Part shown: one piece after another, positions 26,611 through 36,599 of the stretch
Layout of the letters: every line of letters begins with the position of its first letter
How positions within the stretch are numbered: the stretch's first letter is position 1
Assembly (NCBI GenBank): GCA_049700195.1
Contig: JBNAVY010000003.1
Coordinates: forward strand, 17,860 to 81,859
Origin: Thermoanaerobacteraceae bacterium
GTDB lineage: Bacteria; Bacillota; Thermoanaerobacteria; Thermoanaerobacterales; Thermoanaerobacteraceae
Direction: 5' to 3'
Length of the DNA stretch: 64,000 nucleotides
Notes under the pieces: model-generated
The model's database searches: none
Seen by the model: the letters and a program-made list of their open reading frames with translations, nothing else
Told to the model about the DNA's origin: nothing
Program-made: the position numbers and the translations under genes

Positions 26611-28041
26611 TTAGACTTCTATTTTTATATCTAAATCTTCTTCTTTATAGTTAAACTCTTTCAAAAGTGGTTTTACGACATTGTTAATATATTCTAAAGT
26701 TTGACTAACAGCTCTTCCTGTAAATTTTAGAGGATCTATTAAGTTGTTTAATTCTTCTTTTGATAATTTAAACTCTTTATCTTCTGATATGTAATAAAGC
26801 AAGTTATTTTCTTTGCCATCTTTTACGTCATTTGCTGCTTTTACAGAATATTTTCTAATTAACTCATGTAATTCTTGTCTGTCTCCACCTTTTAATACTG
26901 ATTCCATTAAAATTGATTCAGTAGCCATAAAAGGAATTTCTTCTAATATATGTTTTTTTATAATTTTTCTATTAACATTTAAGCCTGAAACAATATTAAT
27001 ATATAAATTTAAAATAGCATCAACAGCTAAAAACATTTCAGGTATTACAATTCTTCTATTAGCTGAATCATCAAGAGTTCTTTCAAACCACTGAGCAGAA
27101 GATGTAATAGAAGTATTTAAAAGCGTAACAATAACATATCTGCTTAATGATGCTATTCTTTCGCTTCTCATAGGATTTCTTTTGTATGCCATTGCTGAAG
27201 ATCCTATCTGGTTTTGTTCAAAAGGTTCTTCTATCTCTCTTAAATGCTGAAGAAGCCTTAAATCATTGCTGAATTTATGAGCACTTTGTGCTATCCCACT
27301 TAGCACAGATAAAAGCATAAAATCATATTTTCTTGTATAAGTTTGCCCTGTGACATCAAAAGACTTTTTATATCCCATTTTTTCAACAACGAGCTTGTCA
27401 AGTAATTTAACCTTTTCTTCATTCCCATTAAATAACTCCATAAAACTTGCCTGCGTTCCTGTTGTCCCTTTTACTCCTCTTAAAGTTATATTGTCTAATC
27501 TAAACTTTAGATCCTTTAAATCTAATATTAAATCCTGTATCCAAAGACAAGTACGTTTACCAACAGTTGTAAGTTGTGCAGGCTGAAAATGAGTAAAACT
27601 AAGCGTAGGAATATCTTTGTATTCAATAGCAAAATTAGATAATAGATCAATCAGCTTTAATATTTTTTTCTGTACTATTTTAAAAGCTTTATCCATCAAA
27701 ATTAAATCTGTATTGTCATCAACAAAAGCAGAAGTTGCACCTAAATGTATTATAGGTTTTGCTTTCGGACATAAAATACCATAAGCATGTATATGTGCCA
27801 TTACATCATGTCTGAATTCTTTTTCAAAACGTTTTGCATCATCGTAATTTATATTATCTATATTTTCTTCCATTTCTTTAATTTGCTCATCTGATATGTC
27901 CAAACCTAGTTCTTTTTCACTCTTTGCTAAAGCAACCCAAAGTTTTCTCCAAGTTTTAAATTTTTCATCATCTGAAAAAATAGAAGCCATTTCTTTACTT
28001 GCATATCTTGTTGTAAGTGGATTTTTATATATATCCTCCAT
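26611..28041 (-). CDS. purB: Adenylosuccinate lyase
   Basis: 476 aa; fumarate-lyase signature GSSAMAYKRNP. Confidence 0.95.
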   Translation of the reverse strand: MEDIYKNPLTTRYASKEMASIFSDDEKFKTWRKLWVALAKSEKELGLDISDEQIKEMEENIDNINYDDAKRFEKEFRHDVMAHIHAYGILCPKAKPIIHLGATSAFVDDNTDLILMDKAFKIVQKKILKLIDLLSNFAIEYKDIPTLSFTHFQPAQLTTVGKRTCLWIQDLILDLKDLKFRLDNITLRGVKGTTGTQASFMELFNGNEEKVKLLDKLVVEKMGYKKSFDVTGQTYTRKYDFMLLSVLSGIAQSAHKFSNDLRLLQHLREIEEPFEQNQIGSSAMAYKRNPMRSERIASLSRYVIVTLLNTSITSSAQWFERTLDDSANRRIVIPEMFLAVDAILNLYINIVSGLNVNRKIIKKHILEEIPFMATESILMESVLKGGDRQELHELIRKYSVKAANDVKDGKENNLLYYISEDKEFKLSKEELNNLIDPLKFTGRAVSQTLEYINNVVKPLLKEFNYKEEDLDIKIEV

Positions 28042-28057
28042 ATTTACCTCCTTTATG

Positions 28058-29239
28058 TTATTTGAGTAAGCTTTCTAACCTATCCAAGCCAATTTTTATA
28101 TTTTCTATTGAATTTGCATATGAAATTCTAATATAATTATCTACACCAAAAGGTAAGGCTGGTACAACTGCTACATTTGCATTTTCTATCAAAAGATTAG
28201 AAAAATCAATAGAACCACGAATTATTTTACCTTGTATATTTTTGCCAATATATTCATCAATATTAACCATAACATAAAAAGCACCTGCGGGTTTATCACA
28301 TTTTAAACCTTTTATTTTGTTTATTCTATCTACCATATAAAGTCTTCTTTTATTAAATTCTTCTGCCATATATTTAATTACAGAATCATCGCCTTTTAAA
28401 GCTGCAACACTTGCATATTGAGCAATTGAGTTTGGATTTGATGTAGTATGACTTTGAATATTTGACATAGTTTTTGCAATTTCAACACAAGAAGCAGTAT
28501 AACCAATTCTCCAACCTGTCATTGCATAAGCTTTTGACATTCCATTTACAACAATTGATAAATTTTTGATTTTTTCATTTAAAGAAGCTATACTTATATG
28601 AGTTCCTTCATAAATTAATTTTTCATATATTTCATCTGAAATAACATAAATATTATTTGAAACAGCAACATCAGCAATCTCTTCTAATTCTTTTTTTGTA
28701 TATACAGCTCCTGTAGGATTGTTAGGACTGTTTAAAATTATTGCTTTTGTTTTATCTGTAATAATAGCTTCTAGATCTTTCCCTGAAATTTTAAAATTAT
28801 TTTCTTCTTTCCCTTTAAGAAAAACAGGCTTTCCATACGCTATTCTAACCATTTCAGGATAGCTTAACCAGTATGGTACTGGTATAATAACTTCTTCACC
28901 AGGGTTTACTAAAGCTAGAATTGCATTATAGATAGAATGTTTAGCACCATTTGAAACTACAATTTGCTGTTCTTTATATTCTAAATTATTCTCTTTTAAT
29001 AACTTTTCACAAATTGCTGCTTTTAGATCAGAAATTCCAGATGAAGGTGTATATTTTGTATATCCTTTTTCAATAGCTTCTATAGCTGCTTTTTTAATGT
29101 ATTCTGGTGTATCAAAATCAGGTTCACCCACACCAAAATCTATAACTGATATGCCCTTTTCTTTTAATTGTTTTGCTTTTGCAGTTATTTCTAATGTCAT
29201 TGAAGGAGTAATTCCTGTTGCATTTAATGATAAACTCAA
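28058..29239 (-). CDS. aspB: Aspartate aminotransferase (class I PLP aminotransferase)
   Basis: 393 aa; NSPNNPTG, PLP-lysine box SKAYAMTGWRIGY; aspB-asnS linkage as in B. subtilis. Confidence 0.85.
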   Translation of the reverse strand: MSLSLNATGITPSMTLEITAKAKQLKEKGISVIDFGVGEPDFDTPEYIKKAAIEAIEKGYTKYTPSSGISDLKAAICEKLLKENNLEYKEQQIVVSNGAKHSIYNAILALVNPGEEVIIPVPYWLSYPEMVRIAYGKPVFLKGKEENNFKISGKDLEAIITDKTKAIILNSPNNPTGAVYTKKELEEIADVAVSNNIYVISDEIYEKLIYEGTHISIASLNEKIKNLSIVVNGMSKAYAMTGWRIGYTASCVEIAKTMSNIQSHTTSNPNSIAQYASVAALKGDDSVIKYMAEEFNKRRLYMVDRINKIKGLKCDKPAGAFYVMVNIDEYIGKNIQGKIIRGSIDFSNLLIENANVAVVPALPFGVDNYIRISYANSIENIKIGLDRLESLLK

Positions 29240-29301
29240 TTAATCGCACCTCCGATTTAATCTTTGTTATTTTCATTACAATTAATATTTTAACTTAAAT
29301 A

Positions 29302-30135
29302 TTAACATATTTCCACAAAATTTTTTGCTTTTGCTTTTAACAATTTTACATAGCTATAATCCAATTTTATACTTCCAAGTAAATCACGCCCATCTACTTC
29401 TATACCATGAAAATCAGATCCACCGGTTATAAGAAGGTTAAAAGATTTTGCAATTTCAAGGTAATAATTTATATCATCTTGCGTATGTTTTGAATGATAC
29501 ACTTCTATACCCATTAAACCATGATTAACTAGATCCTTAATAATCTTATCATTTTTTAAAAGACCAGGATGAGCTAATACAGGAACAGCTCCATTATTTT
29601 TTAAAAGTTCTATAGCTTCATAAGTATTCAACCGATAACTTTTGACATATGCTGGTGCATCTTCACCTATATACTTTTCAAAAGCTTCTTTTACCGTTGT
29701 AACATATTTTTTTTTGATTAAAGCTCTTGCAATATGAGGTCTTCCAATATAATTTTTATTTGTAAATTCTAATATATCTTCTAAATTTATTTGTATTCCA
29801 ATGTTGTTTAATTTTTTTAAAATTTCTTCAGCTCTTTTAAGTCTTAAATCTATAATATTATTAAGCTTTACCAATAAATTTTTATCTTTATAATTTAAAA
29901 AATAACCCAAAATATGAACTTCTTGCTCTTCATTGAAAGAGTTAAGCTCTATACCTGGAATTAATTCAATATTATATTTTTTAGAAGCTTCTAAAGCTTC
30001 ACATAAACCATTAATTGTATCATGATCTGTTAAAGAAATACAATCTAAATTATGTTCTTTGGCAAGTCTCACTACTTCTGAAGGACTATTAGAACCATCA
30101 GAAGATGTAGAATGCATGTGTAAATCTGCAATCAT
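29302..30135 (-). CDS. PHP-domain phosphoesterase (TrpH/YciV-like)
   Basis: DLHMHSTSSDG metal-binding motif; ATG 30135 has better SD spacing than track TTG 30144. Confidence 0.8.
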   Translation of the reverse strand: MIADLHMHSTSSDGSNSPSEVVRLAKEHNLDCISLTDHDTINGLCEALEASKKYNIELIPGIELNSFNEEQEVHILGYFLNYKDKNLLVKLNNIIDLRLKRAEEILKKLNNIGIQINLEDILEFTNKNYIGRPHIARALIKKKYVTTVKEAFEKYIGEDAPAYVKSYRLNTYEAIELLKNNGAVPVLAHPGLLKNDKIIKDLVNHGLMGIEVYHSKHTQDDINYYLEIAKSFNLLITGGSDFHGIEVDGRDLLGSIKLDYSYVKLLKAKAKNFVEIC

Positions 30136-30179
30136 ATATATCAAACCTTTCTATAAGTAAATCAAGTAAATCCAAGATA

Positions 30180-30207
30180 AAAATGACCTGCTTTTGCAGG
30201 TCATTTT
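30180..30207 (-). terminator. Rho-independent terminator of spoVS
   Basis: AAAATGACCTGC-tttt-GCAGGTCATTTT perfect palindrome; T-run on the minus strand. Confidence 0.85.
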
Positions 30208-30466
30208 ATCTTGGTTCGATAATCAATTTAATGGCTGTTCTTTCTTCGCCATCTATTTCAATGTCTGTAAAAGCGGGAATACATATTAAATCAATGCCAC
30301 TTGGTGCAACAAATCCTCTTGCTATTGCTACAGCTTTTACAGCCTGATTAAGTGCTCCAGCTCCAATTGCCTGTACTTCTGCACCTCCACGCTCACGTAA
30401 AACTCCTGCTAATGCACCTGCTACAGAATTTGGGTTAGACTTTGCAGAAACTTTTAATACTTCCAT
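30206..30466 (-). CDS. spoVS: Stage V sporulation protein S
   Basis: 86 aa; full-length match to the highly conserved SpoVS sequence (LKVSAKSNPNSVAGALAGVLRE...). Confidence 0.97.
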   Translation of the reverse strand: MEVLKVSAKSNPNSVAGALAGVLRERGGAEVQAIGAGALNQAVKAVAIARGFVAPSGIDLICIPAFTDIEIDGEERTAIKLIIEPR

Positions 30467-30525
30467 TATTTTTCCCCCTTAAAATACATTACAATATTTT
30501 ATTAATTAGTTACTATATGTTCTAT

Positions 30526-30552
30526 ATTCTACATAAAATTAAAAATTCCTTC
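30526..30552 (-). promoter_or_regulatory. Sigma-H-type promoter of spoVS, GAAGGAATT-N11-GTAGAAT
   Basis: Read on the minus strand, 59 nt upstream of ATG 30466; no sigma-A-like -35; B. subtilis spoVS is reported sigma-H dependent. Confidence 0.5.
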
Positions 30553-30565
30553 TTTGATTTTATAT

Positions 30566-31345
30566 TTATGTATAAATTTTGTTTATACGAATAATACTTT
30601 TAGCTTTACTTGTATTTTCATCAACATCAATAACAACTCCATTTATTTGTCCTGGACCTTCAGCAATTTCAAAACGTATAGGAACAGATGAAATAAACTT
30701 TTTTATTATTAAATTCTTATCTATTCCCAAAACAGAATCGCTAGGACCTGTCATACCTACATCAGAAATGTATGCAGTACCTTTATTTAATATTTTTTCA
30801 TCTGCTGTTTGGACGTGAGTATGTGTACCAAACACACATGTAACCCTGCCATCTAAAAAATGACCCATAGCAATTTTTTCAGATGTAGCTTCAGCATGAA
30901 AATCAACAATAATCAGGTTTGTTTCTTCACTTAGCTTATCTACTTCATCTAATGCAACTATAAAAGGATTCCTATTACATGGCATATATATATTCCCCTG
31001 CAAATTTATAATACCTAACTTTATATTTTTTATAGTTAGAATAACTGACCCTCTTCCAGGAGTACCTTCAAGATAATTTGCAGGTCTTATAATTCTTTTT
31101 TCGTCTTCAATAAATTTAAATATTTCTTTCTGATCCCAAACATGGTTTCCCATAGTTAAAGCTGATATTCCTATATTAAAAAGTTCATCGGCTACTTTAC
31201 GTGTTATGCCATTTCCTCCTGCTGCATTTTCGCCATTAGCTATAGTTATATCGACATTGTATTCCTCTTTAATTTCATCTAAATGTTCTTTTAAAACATT
31301 CCTACCAGTCCTTCCAACAATATCACCGATTATTAAAATATTCAT
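30566..31345 (-). CDS. ymdB: 2',3'-cyclic-nucleotide 2'-phosphodiesterase, YmdB family metallophosphoesterase
   Basis: 259 aa; GDIVG, GNHVWD, DFHAE motifs; conserved rny-ymdB-spoVS order. Confidence 0.9.
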   Translation of the reverse strand: MNILIIGDIVGRTGRNVLKEHLDEIKEEYNVDITIANGENAAGGNGITRKVADELFNIGISALTMGNHVWDQKEIFKFIEDEKRIIRPANYLEGTPGRGSVILTIKNIKLGIINLQGNIYMPCNRNPFIVALDEVDKLSEETNLIIVDFHAEATSEKIAMGHFLDGRVTCVFGTHTHVQTADEKILNKGTAYISDVGMTGPSDSVLGIDKNLIIKKFISSVPIRFEIAEGPGQINGVVIDVDENTSKAKSIIRINKIYT

Positions 31346-31429
31346 TTTTAACCTCCAATCTATATTACATATTTATTATTACACAAAGCTAAGGTTTAAA
31401 ACAAGTATTTTTTGCTTTTTAATTTTTAT

Positions 31430-31456
31430 AAATTTAAAAGCGTGCAAAAGCACGCT
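31430..31456 (-). terminator. Terminator/attenuator after rny
   Basis: AGCGTGC-tttt-GCACGCT followed by TTTAAATTT on the minus strand. Confidence 0.6.
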
Positions 31457-31466
31457 CTGTTTTCTA

Positions 31467-33008
31467 TTATTTAGCATAATTTATAGCAATAGTTTCACGT
31501 AATACAATAACTTTAATCTGTCCTGGATATTCCAGTTCATCTTCAATTTTTTTTGTTATTTCTCTTGCTAAAAGAATGGTTTCTTCATCATTAACTATTT
31601 CAGGTTTAACCATAATTCTAATTTCTCTACCCGCTTGTATAGCATAAGATTTTTCAACACCCTCAAATGAATTAGCAATTTCTTCAAGTTTATCCAAACG
31701 TTTTATATAAGATTCTAATGTTTCTCTTCTTGCACCTGGTCTTGCAGCAGATATTGCATCTGCAGCTTGTACAAGTACAGCTTCGATAGTTTGCGGTTCT
31801 ACATCATTATGATGTGCCATTATAGCATGAATAACTGCTTCAGATTCATGATATCTTTTAGCTAGTTCAGCTCCTATCATTACGTGTGGGCCTTCAACTT
31901 CATGATCAACAGCTTTGCCTATATCATGTAATAAACCTGCTCTTTTTGCAATAACAGGATCAGCACCTAATTCATAAGCCATAAGTCCAGCCAAATGAGA
32001 AACTTCAATAGAATGTTTTAAGACATTTTGGCCATAACTCGTTCTATACTTTAATCTACCTAATAATTTAATTATTTCAGGGTGTAAGCCATGTACCCCT
32101 GTTTCAAAGGTCGCTTCTTCTCCTGCTTTTACTATAATATTTTCTACTTCTTTTTTAGCTTTTTGCACCATTTCTTCTATCCTAGCAGGATGTATTCTAC
32201 CATCTTCAATCAATTTTTCTAAAGCTATTCTTGCTATTTCTCTTCTTATTGGGTCAAAACCAGAAATAACAACAGCTTCCGGAGTATCATCAATAATTAA
32301 ATCTATTCCTGTTAAAGTTTCCAGAGTCCTTATGTTTCTACCTTCTCTTCCAATTATTCTTCCTTTCATTTCATCGTTAGGAAGAGTTACAACTGATACA
32401 GTTGTTTCTGCCGCATGATCAGCAGCACATCTTTGAATAGCTCCAGTAATAATTTCACGTGCTTTTACTTCAGCTTCCTCTTTAGCTTTAGCTTCTAGAT
32501 CTTTTATCATTAAAGCCATTTCATGTTTTATTTCTTTTTGAACATCAGTTAATAAAATATTTTTTGCTTCTTCTCTGCTAAGACCTGATATCCTTTCAAG
32601 CTCTTCAACTTCTTTTTGGTACATTTTAACTGTCTGTTCTTCAATTTCCATAATATCTTTTTGCTTTTTTTCTAATGTAGATTCTTTTTGTTCTAGAATT
32701 TCTCCTCTTCTATCTAGAGTTTCTTCTTTTTGTATTAATCTTTTTTCTAATCGTTGCAATTCTCCTCTTCGGTCTCTAATTTCTCTATCAAGATCAGAAC
32801 GTAATCTATGAATTTCTTCTTTTGCTTCTAATAACAATTCTCTTTTTTTATTTTCTCCATCTCTTTTGGCAGAATCTAAAATAGTACGTGCAAGTTCTTC
32901 CGCACTTTTTATTTTAGACTCAGCAATAGATTTTCTAATAAAGTAGCCAATTAATAGACCGAATATTATTGCAGCAAATACTATGATTATTAAATAAATG
33001 TTATTAAT
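31467..33008 (-). CDS. rny: Ribonuclease Y (non-ATG start, probably ATT)
   Basis: KH ([15 protein letters not shown]) and HD (LLHDIGKA) domains. Track ORF starts at an internal TTG (32837). The frame stays open upstream and encodes the canonical N-terminal TM helix [31 protein letters not shown]. The only plausible initiator is ATT 33008-33006, 9 nt after AAGGAGG. Confidence 0.9.
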   Translation of the reverse strand: MNNIYLIIIVFAAIIFGLLIGYFIRKSIAESKIKSAEELARTILDSAKRDGENKKRELLLEAKEEIHRLRSDLDREIRDRRGELQRLEKRLIQKEETLDRRGEILEQKESTLEKKQKDIMEIEEQTVKMYQKEVEELERISGLSREEAKNILLTDVQKEIKHEMALMIKDLEAKAKEEAEVKAREIITGAIQRCAADHAAETTVSVVTLPNDEMKGRIIGREGRNIRTLETLTGIDLIIDDTPEAVVISGFDPIRREIARIALEKLIEDGRIHPARIEEMVQKAKKEVENIIVKAGEEATFETGVHGLHPEIIKLLGRLKYRTSYGQNVLKHSIEVSHLAGLMAYELGADPVIAKRAGLLHDIGKAVDHEVEGPHVMIGAELAKRYHESEAVIHAIMAHHNDVEPQTIEAVLVQAADAISAARPGARRETLESYIKRLDKLEEIANSFEGVEKSYAIQAGREIRIMVKPEIVNDEETILLAREITKKIEDELEYPGQIKVIVLRETIAINYAK

Positions 33009-33067
33009 ATTCTTACACCTCCTTAGTTGATATTCATCTTTTATTTTAGACCCTTTTCAAAATTATG

Positions 33068-33673
33068 TCAAGTTGTCATGATCTCTTTTAAGACATTATC
33101 AGCTTCATCAAGATTAAATCCATTTCTGTATAAATATGATTTTATTTTTAATATATTTTCTTCTGTTACAAATTTATACTTTTTCATAATTAATTTTTTT
33201 AAGATATCATATTCTGAAGAATAATGTTCATTTATTAAATCATAAATTATATCAATATTTACCCCTTTTAATTTTAACTCATTAATAATTCTGTATTTGC
33301 TATATAACATCTGCTTTTTTTCATCTATAAAAAGTTTTGCATAAATTTCATCATTAATATATCCATACTCTTTAAACTTTAAAATTAATTTTTTGACAAT
33401 TTCATCAGAATATCCATTTTCTTTTAGCTTTTTACTAACTTCATATTCTGTTCTCATTTTATATGATAAATATTTTAATATATCCTTTTGAGCCTGTTTG
33501 AGCGAAAATAAGTTTACATAATAATTATACTGTTCACTTGTTAATATATCTCCCTCTTTAAGTCCAACTTCTAAAAAGTCTTCAACATAACAAGAAAAAG
33601 CATATTCGTCATCAATAAAAATGTTATATTTATTTTTATTTTTCTTTTGTTTTTCTATTAGTGTTACAACCAT
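33068..33673 (-). CDS. recX: Recombination regulator RecX
   Basis: 201 aa; helical-repeat protein directly downstream of recA; RecX-like pattern (Y..RTEYEV..KL...G). Confidence 0.8.
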   Translation of the reverse strand: MVVTLIEKQKKNKNKYNIFIDDEYAFSCYVEDFLEVGLKEGDILTSEQYNYYVNLFSLKQAQKDILKYLSYKMRTEYEVSKKLKENGYSDEIVKKLILKFKEYGYINDEIYAKLFIDEKKQMLYSKYRIINELKLKGVNIDIIYDLINEHYSSEYDILKKLIMKKYKFVTEENILKIKSYLYRNGFNLDEADNVLKEIMTT

Positions 33674-33714
33674 TTTTACCTCCTTATTTAAAGAAAATAA
33701 CCCCTTAGGGGGGT

Positions 33715-34743
33715 TTAATCTACTATTGCACCATCAGAAGAAGATTTAATTTTGTTATATGCAAGATTGAAATTTTCTCTAATTTTCTTTTCAATTTCGT
33801 CAGCTATTTCTTTATTTTCTTTCAAAAATTGTTTTGCATTTTCTCTACCCTGGCCTAATCTAGTATTATTATATGAATACCATGCACCACTTTTTTCAAT
33901 GATGTCAATGCTTGCACCTATATCTAATATGCTTCCTTCTTTAGATATACCTTCACCATACATTATGTCAAATTCTGCTTGTTTAAATGGTGGAGCAACT
34001 TTATTTTTTACCACTTTAACCCTTGTCCTATTTCCTACTATTTCATTACCTTGTTTTAATGAGTCTATTCTTCTCACATCCAACCTTATTGTAGAATAAA
34101 ATTTAAGGGCACGTCCTCCAGGCGTTGTTTCAGGATTTCCAAACATTACTCCGACTTTTTCTCTTAATTGGTTTATAAATACTGCAATACATTTTGATTT
34201 ACTTACTACACCTGAAAGTTTTCTCAAAGCCTGAGACATAAGCCTAGCCTGCAGCCCAACATGGGCATCTCCCATTTCTCCGTCAATTTCAGCTTTAGGA
34301 ACAAGAGCAGCAACGGAATCTATTACAAGAATATCTACTGCACCACTTCTAACTAAAGCTTCTGCAATTTCTAAAGCTTGTTCTCCTGTATCAGGCTGTG
34401 AAACTAATAATTCATCTACATTTACTCCCAAATTTCTTGCATAAACAGGATCAAGAGCATGTTCAGCATCTATAAAAGCACCTGTACCACCCATTTTTTG
34501 AGCTTCTGCTATCATATGAAGTGCAATAGTTGTTTTACCAGATGATTCCGGTCCAAAAACCTCTATGATTCTGCCACGTGGGATTCCTCCAACTCCTAAA
34601 GCAATATCAATATCAAGGGAACCTGTTGGAATCACTTCAACATTTAATTTTGCGTTATCTCCAAGTTTCATTATAGCACCTTTACCAAATTGTTTTTCAA
34701 TTTGGTTTACTGCCATTTCAAGAGCCTTCTGTTTCTCAATCAT
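33715..34743 (-). CDS. recA: Recombinase RecA
   Basis: 342 aa; Walker [24 protein letters not shown], near-universal RecA sequence. Confidence 0.98.
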   Translation of the reverse strand: MIEKQKALEMAVNQIEKQFGKGAIMKLGDNAKLNVEVIPTGSLDIDIALGVGGIPRGRIIEVFGPESSGKTTIALHMIAEAQKMGGTGAFIDAEHALDPVYARNLGVNVDELLVSQPDTGEQALEIAEALVRSGAVDILVIDSVAALVPKAEIDGEMGDAHVGLQARLMSQALRKLSGVVSKSKCIAVFINQLREKVGVMFGNPETTPGGRALKFYSTIRLDVRRIDSLKQGNEIVGNRTRVKVVKNKVAPPFKQAEFDIMYGEGISKEGSILDIGASIDIIEKSGAWYSYNNTRLGQGRENAKQFLKENKEIADEIEKKIRENFNLAYNKIKSSSDGAIVD

Positions 34744-34786
34744 CTAAAATACCCTCCCAAACCTTTAAACAGGTTTCATTAATAAA

Positions 34787-34815
34787 ATTATATATTAACT
34801 GGTCCTATGAGTCAA
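34787..34815 (-). promoter_or_regulatory. Sigma-A promoter TTGACT-17-TATAAT for recA
   Basis: Read on the minus strand; -35 overlaps the cinA stop codon. Confidence 0.6.
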
Positions 34816-36047
34816 TTTATTGATAATAAATATCTTCTTATAATGTCAAGTGCATTTAATACAGTTCGATTCCTTATTTTATCCCTGCTCCCATTAAGCA
34901 TTAATTTCTTTACATCAACTTTTTCTTTTGTTGCAAAACCTACATAGACAAGGCCAACTGGTTTATCTGTTGTCCCACCATCTGGTCCTGCTATTCCTGT
35001 TACTGATACACCAATATCAGACTTAGCTAGATGTAAAATATTTATAGCCATTTCTTCAGCTGTTTCATGACTTACTGCACCATATCTTTCTAACGTTTCA
35101 CTTTTTACATTTAACAAATTTTGTTTAGCTTTATTACTATAAGTTACAAGACCTAAATTAAATATTTCAGAAGCTCCAGGAACATCTGTAATTTTACCAG
35201 CCAATAAACCACCAGTACACGATTCTGCTGTTGAAACAGTTAATTTTTTTTCTTTTAATAAATTTACGACAGTGCTTTCCATACTTTCATCATCAACAGC
35301 AAAGATATACTCTCCAACAATGTCTTTTATTTTTCTTTCCATATTATTTATCATTTCAATGGCTTGCTGTTTATTAGATGTTTTAGCAGTAATTCTAAGC
35401 GTAACAAAACCATCTCCTACTAAAGGTGCTATTGTTGGATTTGAACTATTTAAAAGACTTTTTACTAATTCTTCTAGCTTTGATTCTCCAATGCCAAAAA
35501 ATTTTAAAATTCTTGAATATATTATTTCATTACTTTTTGATCTTAAAAATGGGTATACATAATTATTAAACATCGGAATAAGCTCTGATGGTGGACCAGG
35601 AAGTATTATTATGATTTTCCCTTTATGTTCTATAATACATCCCGGAGCTGTTCCAAAATTATTAGGTAAAATTTTCGAACCTTTAGGGAAAAGAGCTTGT
35701 TTATAATTATTTAATGTTGGTTTTTGATTTAATTTTTTAAAGTAATTATCAATAGAATTTTTAGCATCTTCATATTCCACAAGAGGTAATTCTAAAAAAG
35801 AAGCTACTGTTTCTTTGGTTAAGTCGTCATCAGTTGGACCTAGCCCACCAGTTGTTATAATAATGTCAGATCGTTTAAAAGCTATTGCCAAACAGTCTTT
35901 TACTCTTTTTTCATTGTCACCAACGTTTGTTTGAAAATAAACATCTATTCCAAGTAAAGATAATTGGGTTGATAAAAATTTTGCATCTGTATTTGCAATT
36001 TGTCCAAGTAATAATTCTGTGCCAACAGATATAATCTCACTTATCAA
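34812..36047 (-). CDS. cinA: Competence/damage-inducible protein CinA (MoCF-binding + PncC-like NMN amidohydrolase domains)
   Basis: EIISVGTELLLGQI..TD N-terminus and CinA C-terminal domain; TTG 36047 (after GAGGTG) gives the usual N-terminus, track GTG 36056 is an alternative. Confidence 0.9.
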   Translation of the reverse strand: MISEIISVGTELLLGQIANTDAKFLSTQLSLLGIDVYFQTNVGDNEKRVKDCLAIAFKRSDIIITTGGLGPTDDDLTKETVASFLELPLVEYEDAKNSIDNYFKKLNQKPTLNNYKQALFPKGSKILPNNFGTAPGCIIEHKGKIIIILPGPPSELIPMFNNYVYPFLRSKSNEIIYSRILKFFGIGESKLEELVKSLLNSSNPTIAPLVGDGFVTLRITAKTSNKQQAIEMINNMERKIKDIVGEYIFAVDDESMESTVVNLLKEKKLTVSTAESCTGGLLAGKITDVPGASEIFNLGLVTYSNKAKQNLLNVKSETLERYGAVSHETAEEMAINILHLAKSDIGVSVTGIAGPDGGTTDKPVGLVYVGFATKEKVDVKKLMLNGSRDKIRNRTVLNALDIIRRYLLSIN

Positions 36048-36062
36048 AATAAACACCTCTAT

Positions 36063-36599
36063 TTAATTTAAAAATAATTCTTTTGATTTTACAATATAAT
36101 CTATACCAGAATACAAAGTTAAAATTAAAGATATATACACCATAATTGAAGAAAAAGGAAAGTTGATCAGATTAAATGGATAATTATTTAGCATAAGAGC
36201 AATTACCGCTATCATTTGAAAAGTTGTTTTATATTTACCGTAATTGCTGGCTGGAATTACTATCCCTTTATCTGCAGCTACTGTTCTTAAACCAGTGATT
36301 AAAAATTCTCTTGCTAATATGACTATTACTATCCAACTTTCTAATCTTGCCATTTGTACTAATGCAACCATTGCTGAAGAAACCATAATCTTATCTACAA
36401 GGGGATCCATAAACTTTCCAAAATTTGTTATCTGATTATATTTTCTAGCAACATATCCATCTGCTTTATCAGTTAAAGAAGCTAATGTAAATACTAAAGC
36501 TGAAAAAAAATCTTTATAAGGTAAATTTGAAAACATTAATATTAAAAAAATTGGAATTAGAACTAACCTGAACATGGTTATTTTATTAGCTAAATTCAT
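36063..36599 (-). CDS. pgsA: CDP-diacylglycerol--glycerol-3-phosphate 3-phosphatidyltransferase
   Basis: 178 aa; CDP-alcohol phosphatidyltransferase motif [22 protein letters not shown]. Confidence 0.92.
   Translation of the reverse strand: MNLANKITMFRLVLIPIFLILMFSNLPYKDFFSALVFTLASLTDKADGYVARKYNQITNFGKFMDPLVDKIMVSSAMVALVQMARLESWIVIVILAREFLITGLRTVAADKGIVIPASNYGKYKTTFQMIAVIALMLNNYPFNLINFPFSSIMVYISLILTLYSGIDYIVKSKELFLN

Noticed and set aside
33511-33538. Exact 11-mer TTATGTAAACT (B. subtilis dif XerD arm) on the minus strand
   Set aside because: It lies inside the recX coding sequence. The partner arm (AGTGAACAGTA) and central TAATTA match poorly. A chance occurrence of an AT-rich 11-mer is plausible.
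33694-33713. CCCC-tta-GGGG hairpin with U-run between recA and recX
   Set aside because: With only a 4-bp stem it is at best a weak attenuator. It is not listed as a feature.
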